Source: Ginkgo biloba
Lineage: Eukaryota > Plantae > Ginkgophyta
Length of the DNA: 19,002 bases
Direction of reading: 5' to 3'
Assembly (NCBI GenBank): GCA_024626585.2
Contig: JANKJI020000001.1
Coordinates: forward strand, 7,144,342-7,163,343
The position numbers and the translations under genes are program-made. Shown here piece after piece: positions 1 through 11,930 of the stretch. Each line of letters starts with the position of its first letter. Positions within the stretch are counted from its first letter, which is position 1. The notes under the pieces are model-generated. The model did no database searches, was not told the origin of the DNA, and saw only the letters and a program-made list of their open reading frames with translations.

Positions 1-199
1 TATTTATTGTGTGATTATCCAAGAGATAAAGAGGGTTAAATATGAACTAAGTGGATTTCCAAAATTATGGAGGCGGGAGGGTTAGATATGGGAGGATGAA
101 TATCCACCCATGGAACTAATGTATTTTTAGGTTTCAAATATACTAGTTGAGTGTTGACACAACGAACTTGGGAGTTATACAAAATAACAACATTATTTG

Positions 200-720
200 T
201 ATAATATATAAACTCATGGCACATCATGATGGAACCATTAAATAGAAACTAAATCATGGCATATAAGGATGATATGACTACCCATATAGGGATAATCTAA
301 TATCCTCATAAAATCATATTATATTGTAGTTCATTTATGATAATCTACATATTAATATTGACTATTTCACCCCCAAAAAAGGTGGAATCTTAAGGGTATT
401 GACATAATCAATTAAGGAATTGTCCTAAGCATGAAATATCTATGAACTTGGATTAATATGGAAAAATCATAAGGACTTGTCAACAGATTGTGAAATTCTT
501 AAGAAGGTGGAGCCTTCATCAATAATGCACCTCCAAACCTACATGGATCATAATTTTGAATGTTTTATATGATACAATGGTCTTCTTAGTGAGATTATAC
601 GGGATACATATAATGAAGTTATTAAGGGGTATATCAACAACACTTAAGAGATTCAAAAATTAGGATTTTTTGTCAGGAGATAATTTCAAAAGGTCAAGGA
701 TGGATATGGTAGAACTAATA
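200..720 (-). pseudogene. Degenerate Ty3/gypsy (Tat/Athila-like) gag-pol segment: retroviral-type aspartic protease region
   Basis: Minus-strand manual translation gives, in order: SILDLLKLSP (~704-675), RCIIDEGS (532-509, protease D-x-G-S active-site motif), LQYNMIL (329-309, cf. YNILLGRPW) and SSLYAMI*FLFNG (~273-235, cf. STLH..IKFP.NG). Stops and frameshifts throughout. Confidence 0.7.
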
Positions 721-1854
721 ATTGCCAAGTCTTCAACTATATCATGATTACAATTTTATCTTGGTTTTTTCTTACAATAGACAAGTCTAGACTTTTATGA
801 CTTAGAAGATTGGATTCAAATTGATGGTTCAAGCTTAAGAATTCATAAGGGAGAACCAAATTGATTGACTTATGAATTAGAGGAGGACGCAATATCCTTG
901 CCCCATTGATCCATAGATCTACTAGAGATTGTACCTTCATATTATATCCCAACACATATGACATCATTAGATGAAGAGGGGTCTAGTTTAGGTGGTTGAT
1001 GACTAGTGGAGGGAGTTGAAATCCTAGGAGGAGAGTATGAAATTTGTGTAGATAGTTGTAGAAATAATATGGAAATTAATACTACATTGGAATATTGTGG
1101 ACGTATTTTTGGAGGTTGTGATGTAGGATTACGCTCCTTTTTCGTTTGCACTGGAGGATATGCAGGAAAAACCTCTTGGGTAGGATTCAGAGTGNNNNNN
1201 NNNNNNNNNNNNNNNNNNNNNNNNNNNNNNNNNNNNNNNNNNNNNNNNNNNNNNNNNNNNNNNNNNNNNNNNNNNNNNNNNNNNNNNNNNNNNNNNNNNN
1301 NNNNNNNNNNNNNNNNNNNNNNNNNNNNNNNNNNNNNNNNNNNNNNNNNNNNNNNNNNNNNNNNNNNNNNNNNNNNNNNNNNNNNNNNNNNNNNNNNNNN
1401 NNNNNNNNNNNNNNNNNNNNNNNNNNNNNNNNNNNNNNNNNNNNNNNNNNNNNNNNNNNNNNNNNNNNNNNNNNNNNNNNNNNNNNNNNNNNNNNNNNNN
1501 NNNNNNNNNNNNNNNNNNNNNNNNNNNNNNNNNNNNNNNNNNNNNNNNNNNNNNNNNNNNNNNNNNNNNNNNNNNNNNNNNNNNNNNNNNNNNNNNNNNN
1601 NNNNNNNNNNNNNNNNNNNNNNNNNNNNNNNNNNNNNNNNNNNNNNNNNNNNNNNNNNNNNNNNNNNNNNNNNNNNNNNNNNNNNNNNNNNNNNNNNNNN
1701 NNNNNNNNNNNNNNNNNNNNNNNNNNNNNNNNNNNNNNNNNNNNNNNNNNNNNACTCAACTCTATCTACCCTATAATGTTTAATGTGTTGGGAAATGGAG
1801 GTATGAGGAATTTATTTCATAGTGCTAAGAAGCTTTGTAGAATCTGATAAGGAG

Positions 1855-2090
1855 TATAAGACTTAATTTTTCTTAAGAATCTATTCCTCAATTAGTCTAA
1901 GGAAGAGACAGATTGATGGGATAATCAGATAAACCACACTACAACATCCTTAGTGAGGAAACATTGGAAAAAACTCAAATTAGTGGATTCATAATATGTA
2001 TATGTGTTACACCATATCCTAAATTTAGTTAGGTGATGATGAGTATTCTCATAGTCACTTCTTAAAAATGTAGGCATAAATAAGGGGATT
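1855..2090 (-). pseudogene. Degenerate retrotransposon Gag (capsid) domain, probably the same element as 200-720
   Basis: FFQCFLTKDVVVWFI*LSHQSVSSLD*LRNRFLRKIKSY (~1973-1857) fits the gag pattern LFP.SL.G.A..WF..LP..SI.SW..L...FL. Same strand as, and upstream of, the protease, but separated from it by an N gap. Confidence 0.6.
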
Positions 2091-3460
2091 TATTTAGGAA
2101 AATGTGGTCAAAATAGATCTTGAATGATTGGATTATTTGTTAAGAAAATTTCTATGGAAGAATAAAATTTTTTCAAGTAAGATAAACATGACTCTTGTTA
2201 GAATTGAGAATGGTATGGACTCACATTTCCTTCCAATAGGGTTTGGGATGGTTGATTGGATGGATTGTAAAAATGTAGAATANNNNNNNNNNNNNNNNNN
2301 NNNNNNNNNNNNNNNNNNNNNNNNNNNNNNNNNNNTAAGGATTGCATAAAACATTCCCATAAGGTAAGGATAGGTTTCTAAATGTCATATTATATGGTGG
2401 ATTATGTTGGACCATGGAAGGACTCCTATAAAATGGGATTATTCCATGTGGGGTTTGGTTTTAAAAACTTAACCAAAAGGTGGATTATAAGTTTAGGAAG
2501 GAATATTATCAAATGATATGAATGGTACCCATCCCCCTCTAGGCATAAAATATTATCTAACACTTATTGGAATGGAATAATATTGATTGATGGAAGATGA
2601 TTAGATCATGAATTGAGTAATGCTGCATGGTTAAGTTAGTTGTAAGGATAAGATATTCTCTTATGGGATTAAGGCTAAGTAATTTATAATGGATGGCATG
2701 TAAGGGTTTCCTCCAAATGGAGGAGGATAAAAAAATGAAGATAAGATGGGCATACTTATAGAAGAGGTTAAACCAAAAGAGGATACCACATTCATATATG
2801 ATAATAATTAATTGTGTAATGATCACTTACGAGGGATTCAAAATGATTGGAATTTTAGATAGTAAAATATTAGATAAAGGAATGTTCAACTGAAGTTGAG
2901 AAAATTGTTGTAATAATGTTGAAACATAAATGGGACTAGAGGTGTCCCCTTTGTTATCCATAGACTTATGGGAAATAGGGTGAGATACATGTGGTGAGAT
3001 TCATCCTAAGGATGGATTGCTAGAAGCACTAAAATAAGGAACAGATGCAAAAGTTGGCCTTTAAGTGAGGTAGACATGGAATTCATTAAGTGTGAACATG
3101 AAAACCCATGACTTGGAGTCACTTATTTATTGGATTTTTTAATAAGTTTCAAAAAGTAAACTTCCTCAATAGGAAAAAGTGAAGGTATAAGATGGAAAAA
3201 AAATATTAAATTCAACATCTTGAGGGGATGATACATTATGCATGGCTATGGAGGATGAGATTAAATCCATTAATTGTGTCCTAGGGAGAACAATTGGGAG
3301 TGTAATGGAAGATTTAATTAGTGATGAGGGTGAANNNNNNNNNNNNNNNNNNNNNNNNNNNNNNNNNNNNNNNNNNNNNNNNNNNNNNNNNNNNNNNNNN
3401 NNNNNNNNNNNNNNNNNNNNNNNNNNNNNNNNNNNNNNNNNNNNNNNNNNNNNNNNNNNN

Positions 3461-3510
3461 CTTGGTCTAAGTTTCCTAAAGGAGGGAGACCTCTAAGACA
3501 TCTAGAAAAT
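3461..3510 (+). mobile_element. Possible gypsy 3' end: polypurine tract followed by a degenerate LTR start
   Basis: aaaggagggaga (3478-3489) is followed by cc-tctaagacatc, resembling tgtaagac-. The reading LGLSFLKEGD resembles the EDK.FL.EGG ends of gypsy pol. The canonical TG is missing. Confidence 0.3.
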
Positions 3511-4089
3511 CAAATGGAAGATTCTAAAGTCTTGTGGGATTGCCACTTATGAATAGGATTAGAAAAGGATATATCTAGGTCCTATATTTCTCACTAAATG
3601 GCTAAGAAATAAGGTTTAAAGTGCAAGCAAATGGATAGGACAAACACAAAATACAACAAAACAAACAAAAAATGAGCAAATGAATAACCAAAAAAAATGG
3701 TCAATGATGGGCAAATGATCTTATTATGTTTGAAATTTATTTTAGTGGAATTAATATTCCTTTTAAAATTCAAAATGCAAAATGCAATGCAAGTAAGAAT
3801 GACTTACAATAAGCACATGAGGAAAAGAACTTGATTCATGCGACTTTAAGGTGACCAATTTTTTGTTTTATTAGGCATGAATTCATTCTACTCAAATTTG
3901 AAAACTAGTTTCTCTCACCTTCAACTATAAAGATATATCACTACACACGTAGAATATTATTATTGTGAATCATAAGTTTAAGAGATTATTATTTAAGAAT
4001 ATTTGGCAATAGAGCATTAAGATATCAAAGTGAGTGATTATTAAGGGGCAAGTTGAATATAAGTTATAAAGATACTTTTGAGTGATCAT

Positions 4090-4920
4090 AATATAGAATC
4101 ATGGTGACATTATGGACTCACAATCTAGTAGAGGATGATTTGATTTTATTTGATGATGTATGGATAAAATGTGGAGAGTTATAAAATGGACAACATAGAG
4201 TAGAGTATGAGTTTTTACAAGTGACCAACCTTATGGAGATTGTAAATATGTTATTAGCGTACATGAAATATTTAGACATGGTAGAGTTGTTAAGGAGATA
4301 TAATATGGAAATATTATACATAGCATCTAATATTATATATTGATAAAAAATACTATGCAAATAGTGTTGGTATTGACACATTATAGAAGGGATGTTGATC
4401 GTAGAGAAGAATAAAAGAATATAACCAAGGTACAGATTGTTGAGGAACTTATTCCTAGCTAGTAAGAATTTGATGTATATAGTTGATAAAATAGATTCAT
4501 AATTTATTACTATATAGAACTCAACAACCTTATGGGTTATAATAATTATTACAAAAAAACTATATTGTGGAGAGTTGTTGTATNNNNNNNNNNNNNNNNN
4601 NNNNNNNNNNNNNNNNNNNNNNNNNNNNNNNNNNNNNNNNNNNNNNNNNNNNNNNNNNNNNNNNNNNNNNNNNNNNNNNNNNNCTACATCAAGTGCTTAT
4701 CTTGGGACCATTGTTGCTTTGAGGAGAAGGTAGGATTTTGAATATCTAGGTATTTTATAGGATTTATATTTGTAAAGGATTGTAGGTTTTCCTAAACTTT
4801 TCATTACTATTTAATTATAAAGTCTTCATTCTAAGCATCTTTCAATGTTGTGGGAGAATTAGAAGTTAACCACACCATTTCTTAGGTACATTACTATAAA
4901 AAAGAGATTACCGACTTATT
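4090..4920 (+). pseudogene. Highly decayed Ty1/copia-like integrase region
   Basis: Ordered remnants: CGEL*NGQHR (4170-4199, cf. CE.C..GKQHR), NLMEIVN (~4227-4247, cf. PLELVH), TDC*G (~4432, cf. TD.GGE), TQQPYG (~4519, cf. TPQQNG) and FLRY..(frameshift)..DYRL (4878-4916, cf. FLGY...KGYRL). Each match is weak; the support comes from order and spacing. Confidence 0.4.
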
Positions 4921-6635
4921 TAAATAATACGATGAATGAACTTGAAGGTTCACATGGAGAATTGGATGCAGTAATTATATCTACCTTCAATCTACTTATA
5001 GCTTAGTGATTTGCATTATCCAAGTGGAGAGCCTGGCAAATTAGGCAATTGACTTTAGTGTGGAACCACATGAATTATCTCCACAACCACCTCTAATTAT
5101 TAAGATTGCAGAAGAAGAAATTATGCAAGTAGTTGAAGTTGAGTCCAACAAAAAGGAGTAATTATTGGGTGGAGTTTGGTGGCCTGATTTTGTACTTGTC
5201 AAGGAGCTAATAACTTCAATTATACTTTCATCCAATTGTCTTCCTATTTCTAATGTGATATTAAGACTTCCAATCTCTTTTTCTTTACCATCTAATCCCA
5301 TAATTGTCCCACCTCCATTCATTGATTATCCATATAATACAAAGTTAGCCCACATACCAAATTTTCCATCTCTAATATCATACCCAACCTCTGCCATTAT
5401 TGTTGGTCAATTGACACCTGAGGAAATTTCACCTCTAAGTGATTCTACACCAACTGTCAATCTTGAGACACCAATAATCAAGGACTTAGGTGACTAAGAC
5501 ACTTATTTACATGATTTTGAGGAAATAAATGCTTCAACATTTACCATGCAACTTGCCCCTAATGTTAGGGCCCATAAAATCCTCAACCTAACCAACTCAA
5601 TTGTCTACTAGTCCTTCATAGTTGATATTGGATTTAAGCATCATATTTTTAGATGAGTAGGGATTAAAAGGCATGTTTTGGAAAAGTCTCATCATTATCG
5701 AGTGGCACGACAATACTAATCAAGTCATCAACATCGACCACCAAGAAAAAGAGAACCATGTTAACTAGTCAATAGAGGTCAACGTGTCAAATGCTCAAAA
5801 CTAGTATGTTAACATTACCACTTTATGATATTTTCTCCCTTATAATTCTCTTTACTCTTCATTTTCAAGTGAAGAGTACGATGGTAAGTGTTGCCCAACT
5901 ACCATCTTCAATTCTACCAACCACCACCATGACTGCCTTCATCTTGGGTTTCTCTTCAAGTTATCAAACTCCTAGTTCATCAACTCCCTAGTTAATATAA
6001 TCAGTTTGCACAAAACTACCAATTCATAAAATATGATGATGCTCCTGCATCATCCTCCCTTGGTGCAAAATTTACCTAAGCTCTTGCTCATGGCATNNNN
6101 NNNNNNNNNNNNNNNNNNNNNNNNNNNNNNNNNNNNNNNNNNNNNNNNNNNNNNNNNNNNNNNNNNNNNNNNNNNNNNNNNNNNNNNNATGTTTGAACAA
6201 GTCTTTTGGGTTGAAAGTCCTAGTTTTAAAACATAATTTCGCAGAATCAGTTGTAGGTTGAGTCACCCACTGGAAAACAGATCAACAACCCAAATTTAGG
6301 GTAGTCATGTCACTTCATTAAATGAAGAAAGAGAATTTCATAAATAAAAGAAAGAAATGTTGTCCTAGGTGTGAGCGTTGAGGTTTGTGCTCTAGGTCTT
6401 GGTGCAAGAGACCTAACCCTAACTGTAAATGCATTATACATCATTATTGAAGTTAATAAATAAGTTTTGTACCCCACACTTGTGCAATTAATGTTCATGC
6501 TAGGATGTAATGACATTATTATGTAATAAATGTATTCTATGAGCTAACTAAATCCTTGACTAGTATGGATGGTTGGCTCTATCACATAATACTTGATTTA
6601 TTCTTTTGGCCAATATAATTGCCTAAACAAGATAG

Positions 6636-6662
6636 TTTGGGGATCGTATTTGGTATCAAGGG
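6636..6662 (+). promoter_or_regulatory. Possible LTR 3' end plus tRNA-iMet primer binding site remnant
   Basis: ggggatcgtatt-TGGTATCAag: 6651-6658 match the first 8 nt of the canonical PBS TGGTATCAGAGC. No intact CA terminus and no partner LTR found. Confidence 0.3.
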
Positions 6663-9189
6663 AGGTGATTTGTGTGAATTGTAATGGGGCCTCAAGGATT
6701 AGATATATTCCATATTGTAATCTTATTGTAGGTGTCATTAATTATTGACATTATATGGATCCTCCAACAGTAGCTTGTTAATTGTTAACTTCCTTATTTC
6801 GATAGTATTTTCTCAAGATCCTCACTTAAGTTGAATATTGGCATCACCTTGACCCTAGACTAGCTTGCCCTATGCACTTAGTTTATTTTTAACTCTACAT
6901 TGATGGACATTGGACAAATCTAATCTCAAGAAGTCACATTTAATTTGATCATGAGTGAAACTTATACCTAGTGGATTGATATCCTCTAGTGACTCCTAAG
7001 GTGGTACATTTGTTAATAATATATTTTTGAATAGGATTTTCGACCACACTCTCTTGCAGATTGAATCTATTAAAACCAAAATATCATCAACATTTTTAGT
7101 CCATTTTTTAGGAGGGCAAACTAGGTGTATTGAGAATCTTAGGATAATTTATTAACAAAGTCAATAATAGAGCCTAATATTAGATCTTTGGCATTATGTA
7201 TATATGGTGCATGTAGAGGTAACCCAAGACTATCTTTTTTTCTTAGGTGTCATTAGATTATACAAATTATTTCATGTCAAGTCGTGTTGGTTTGATTGAT
7301 TTTTCCTGCACCAATAATATTATTGAATATGTTTCTATCATAAAATCTTTAGAAGTTATTCTAATTGAGGGAGTCAAATGAATCTATGTGGTTTCATATT
7401 ATTTACTACTCTATAACCATTTAAATAATATTTGGTCAATAAAGAGTGAGGTTCTTAAGGAGTACTAATAGGTCACCTATGAGTTGTCCGAGAGGTTTAA
7501 GTCATTTTTAACAACTTATGTTGCTCAGTCCTTAAACACACATGCATGCTAATTGGCTAAAGATTGTCTTCCTAGAATGGTTGGCTCATTATGGTGTTGG
7601 GTCTTGCCTTAGTTGTATATACGAAAACTTATATTACATATCCCACGTTAGAGTCTGATATAGATAGCTAAGGTTTGATTTCATTGCCTTCCTCCCCAAC
7701 ATCAAGAACTCTTGATTATTCTCAAGCACTTTCTCAAGTTAGTCCCACATTAGGTTTTCATTATCCTCTTAGGACTAGTTGTAGATTGATTATTACTTGA
7801 GTTTGGCTTATTACATTTTCCAAAAAAATCCATATAGACATAAATACCTAAGTTGTTATCTCTACCTCCTCTCTAGTATTCTCAGTAGACATCCTCATCT
7901 ATCATTAGGCCAATGTTCATAAAATCAATTGCCAACTCTTCTTCTTCTAAAATCTAATAAGTACCTTTTCTTGTTAAATCTCCATTAGGTCTATTGATAT
8001 ATCCACCTTCAAATCTTATACCTCCTAATCCTAATTCTATTACTCTTGTAAGTATAATCACTATTGCTCTAGCTATGAACTTACCAATCCCTATAGTGGT
8101 ACTCACTATGATTTATATTATACCCCATATTTTATGTCAATGGTAAAATATAATGGCTTAGATGATCTCATTAAACATATTCAATATTTTATGTCGATGT
8201 GCATAGATAATGGCATTATTGACCCCAATTAATGGTTGGTCTTATTTCTCATAATATTTACTCATGATCCTCATGATTAGTTTGATATCCTATCTCATCA
8301 ATCCGTTATCGATTGGGAGGCCATGAATTGTTTATATATTCCTTAGTTTTCTAGGGATGACCATAATCAACAAGCCATGAATGGGCATTTTGGGATATGA
8401 TAGGGTCTCAAGGAGTCTTATAAGATATATGATAATTAATCTAATGTCCATTAATAAAAGGTGGAAGCTAATGATAATAATTAAATTTTTCTAATGTGCT
8501 TTGAGAATGGTTACATATGACAACCTGCTTAGTGGGATTTGCATAGAAGCAAACCTATTATGCTAGATAGCAATTTAGGTGGTTCAATCTTTTGAAGATG
8601 ATTTTAATATAGTCATAATAACTAATCTTAGGACTCAGNNNNNNNNNNNNNNNNNNNNNNNNNNNNNNNNNNNNNNNNNNNNNNNNNNNNNNNNNNNNNN
8701 NNNNNNNNNNNNNNNNNNNNNNNNNNNNNNNNNNNNNNNNNNNNNNNNNNNNNNNNNNNNNNNNNNNNNNNNNNNNNNNNNNNNNNNNNNNNNNNNNNNN
8801 NNNNNNNNNNNNNNNNNNNNNNNNNNNNNNNNNNNNNNNNNNNNNNNNNNNNNNNNNNNNNNNNNNNNNNNNNNNNNNNNNNNNNNNNNNNNNNNNNNNN
8901 NNNNNNNNNNNNNNNNNNNNNNNNNNNNNNNNNNNNNNNNNNNNNNNNNNNNNNNNNNNNNNNNNNNNNNNNNNNNNNNNNNNNNTTAATAAGTGTCACA
9001 ACAAAATAAGGATTTGAGTAGTGCAAATACTCCAACACAACCAGATGAACATTTGATGAGTCTATTAGCAAAATAAGATCAATAATAACCCATGGGAAAA
9101 ATTATACCCAAAGGAAGAAGTAATCATGGAGGATGGCATGGTGGTCAAGTAAGAAAATAAGGTCCAATTCGATATAACATGAGTGGCCT

Positions 9190-9608
9190 AGTTCCTTTTT
9201 GAACCCATCATGAAGTTAATGGCAATCATCAAGAGATCTATATGTACCTTTATTATTATTCTAATGGCTAAGGGAAGCATATTCCATATGAATTCCCTAA
9301 GAGAAAAAAATATTATTATATACCTACCGAGTGTTTGGTCATCAAGATGACTAGTTTTTTTTTAGTACAAGGAAATCGATAAACGAATTGACTCTGACCC
9401 CAGAGACACAGGATCAAAATAGGCCTACCCCTATACCCTTGGCCGGTTGGTAAATTCAAAGTGGCCAATACCCCCGGGGCTTGGCAAGGTTTGAACCTCT
9501 GAGATGACTAGTTTTATTAGCTAACATTACCTTGCCTTGATCATCCCATGGTACCTCATGACAATAAATTATCGTTGCCTCCTATCCTCTTATTGTTTTG
9601 GCGCTACA
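9190..9608 (-). pseudogene. RNase H-like (plant L1 LINE / RVT_3-type) relic, interrupted by a SINE
   Basis: Removing the SINE and one TSD copy restores a stop-free frame: WDDQGKVMLANKTSHLDDQTLGRYIIIFFSLREFIWNMLPLAIRIIIKVHIDLLMIAINFMMG. Its spacing is similar to RD..G..L.A....LG..TNN.AE..AL..GL..A...GI....VEGDS..VIN. Catalytic residues are partly lost. Confidence 0.45.
9359..9501 (-). mobile_element. 5'-truncated tRNA-derived SINE (~143 bp) with poly(A) tail and 14-bp TSD
   Basis: Perfect direct repeat agatgactagtttt at 9345-9358 and 9502-9515. T9 run at 9355-9363 (poly(A) on minus, overlapping the TSD). Pol III B-box GGTTCAAACC on minus at 9497-9488, four nt from the 5' end; no A-box. The body is GC-rich relative to its flanks. 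Confidence 0.85.
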
Positions 9609-10018
9609 CATGCTGGCTAGTAACTGGCTCAGGGATGAAAGGATAATTATCATCTATGATTAGAAGCATAAGTGCAGATTCTTTGAGAATTCGATCTCAC
9701 AACCCAGCTAAAGTAATGCATTTGTCTTTACAAATCGACCTACAGAGTTTTTAGACAGAATATTTATGGTTATAATCGAGGTCAATCAATAATTTTTCTC
9801 CTCTTTCGGGGGATAGCCAACCATTACCAGTAACACCATCATTAGCGACAGAATGATAACGATGGCACTAGGGAATGCTACATATTGGAAATTATATTAG
9901 TGCTCACACCGAGATAAATGGTACAAATTGCATTGGAGGTTAGAAAGGATAGAAGCAAACCAAATATCAGATTAAACACTCCATCTAAATTTCCCTCGAG
10001 GCCTGTTGGCTATAGATG

Positions 10019-10048
10019 TAAAGGAGGGAGGCTTGATGTCTAACACCT
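10019..10048 (+). mobile_element. Candidate polypurine tract plus LTR start (TGATGT)
   Basis: aaaggagggagg-ct-tgatgtctaacacc has the same PPT/TGATGT architecture as the better-supported junction at 13823. No upstream pol motif recognised. Confidence 0.3.
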
Positions 10049-11219
10049 GCATAGGGAGCTTTCAGGGAATATATATTTAAACATTCCTTTGAGAAAATTG
10101 TAGATCGGGGGGTAGCTTTGGGTTGAACTCATTTTAGATTTACACATCTTAACCTTCTTTTGGACACGTTTTGAGCACCATAGCATTTAAACCTTGTGTG
10201 GACAAATTGATAAAAGTAGTAACGATAGACTAAATCCTCTTAACTCCCTTCATTAAGACTTGGGTTGTCAGAAACCACCCAAATGACTTCAGAATTGCCC
10301 AAAAATGATGGGCATTTCTATTTCAACCCCCTTGAACATGGTGNNNNNNNNNNNNNNNNNNNNNNNNNNNNNNNNNNNNNNNNNNNNNNNNNNNNNNNNN
10401 NNNNNNNNNNNNNNNNNNNNNNNNNNNNNNNNNNNNNNNNNNNNNNNNNNNNNNNNNNNNNNNNNNNNNNNNNNNNNNNNNNNNNNNNNNNNNNNNNNNN
10501 NNNNNNNNNNNNNNNNNNNNNNNNNNNNNNNNNNNNNNNNNNNNNNNNNNNNNNNNNNNNNNNNNNNNNNNNNNNNNNNNNNNNNNNNNNNNNNNNNNNN
10601 NNNNNNNNNNNNNNNNNNNNNNNNNNNNNNNNNNNNNNNNNNNNNNNNNNNNNNNNNNNNNNNNNNNNNNNNNNNNNNNNNNNNNNNNNNNNNNNNNNNN
10701 NNNNNNNNNNNNNNNNNNNNNNNNNNNNNNNNNNNNNNNNNNNNNNNNNNNNNNNNNNNNNNNNNNNNNNNNNNNNNNNNNNNNNNNNNNNNNNNNNNNN
10801 NNNNNNNNNNNNNNNNNNNNNNNNNNNNNNNNNNNNNNNNNNNNNNNNNNNNNNNNNNNNNNNNNNNNNNNNNNNNNNNNNNNNNNNNNNNNNNNNNNNN
10901 NNNNNNNNNNNNNNNNNNNNNNNNNNNNNNNNNNNNNNNNNNNNNNNNNNNNNNNNNNNNNNNNNNNNNNNNNNNNNNNNNNNNNNNNNNNNNNNNNNNN
11001 NNNNNNNNNNNNGAAAGGGTGAGAGCTGAGTATAATTTTATGAACTAAAGATTAAATGTAATTGTGTTGTTTTTACATCTTGAATCAGTCTCTTTGTATG
11101 ATTATTCATACATGTAATATTTTATTAGAATTCTTATGTTCATACTCACTATAGGAAGAAAGGATATATATAGGATATGATATGATGACTAAAGTGTAGA
11201 AAATATTGAGGAATCAGTA

Positions 11220-11237
11220 TAGGTAGGTAGGTAGGTA
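11220..11237 (+). repeat. (TAGG)4 microsatellite
   Basis: taggtaggtaggtaggta read directly. Confidence 0.8.
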
Positions 11238-11371
11238 TTGACGAACATAGGATAGGTAGCCAAGACACCGAGACTTGGAGGATAATATGCAAGAAGGAAA
11301 TAATAAAGGCCTTAGCAAACTTTAACTTGTAGAAATACTAGAGAGAATAACTAACCAAATCTTTGTATAAG

Positions 11372-11930
11372 ATTCCTTCCCTAATTGAGCACTTCCTACT
11401 CATTAGGGAACTTGGAAATCTTAAGGGAATGCACTCTCCCTTCTTTGGTCAAGTTTCTCGATCACAATAGGGACTAAGAAGGCTATTAAAATATAAGACT
11501 ACTAGCCAAATAATATCTAAAATATTTTGTATTTCCTAGTTGAGTGTTATCCAATCACTAAGTCACCAAGAAATATTAAAATAATATGCTCTCCCTTCTT
11601 TGATTGAGTGCCCAAGGCTTACTAGGAAATAAGGAACCATACTAACCATGATATGATAAGTCAACTAATAGATGCTCAATAATTTTCCTTCCTTGTTTAG
11701 GCTCGCCCAACTCACCAACAATTAGGGAATCTTAGAAAAATATGCTCTTCATTCCCTAGTCAAGCACCTAAGGCTCACTAGGGATAAAGAGTCATATGAG
11801 CTAGAAATTAACATTTTGATCAATTATAGGTTTGTAATTTCCCTTCCTTGGTTGGGATCGCTTAACTCAATAGGGAAGCTTAGAAGAATATGCTCTCTCT
11901 TCCCTGGTTGATCTCCCAAGGCATATATAG
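11372..11930 (+). repeat. Degenerate tandem repeat, ~150-157 bp unit, ~3.6 copies
   Basis: The anchor atgc(a/t)ct..cttc recurs at 11429, 11586, 11742 and 11890 (spacings 157, 156, 148). Each anchor is preceded by gaa.ctta.aa.aat-like sequence and followed by ..caaggct.actagg-like sequence. Confidence 0.8.

Noticed and set aside
942-1151. 69-aa ORF with repeated QPPK motif
   Set aside because: Lies between the gag and protease relics on the same strand, so it is best read as the proline-rich gag-pol linker rather than a separate gene.
1006-1847. Long ORFs of 190-256 aa (also 8579-9071 and 10265-11048)
   Set aside because: Almost entirely X residues from N gaps; these are artefacts.
5041-5497. 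Overlapping ORFs of 93 aa (-) and 110 aa (+)
   Set aside because: Low-complexity P/S/I/T-rich sequence with no domain motif. It may be the decayed linker downstream of the copia-like integrase; no support for a gene.
7200-8638. Faint gag-like words on the + strand (SMWFH ~7385; P*FSRDD ~8341; YDNLLSG ~8516) downstream of the putative PBS
   Set aside because: Too degenerate to distinguish from chance by eye; needs a BLASTX/HMM search.
9480-9501. tRNA gene suggested by GGTTCAAACC
   Set aside because: No D-arm/A-box, anticodon arm or acceptor stem. The motif is bounded by a TSD and is better explained as a truncated SINE head.
11372-11930. CRISPR-like repeat-spacer interpretation of the periodic motifs
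   Set aside because: The repeats are diverged, the intervening sequences are themselves homologous, there are no cas genes, and the context is plant retroelement DNA.
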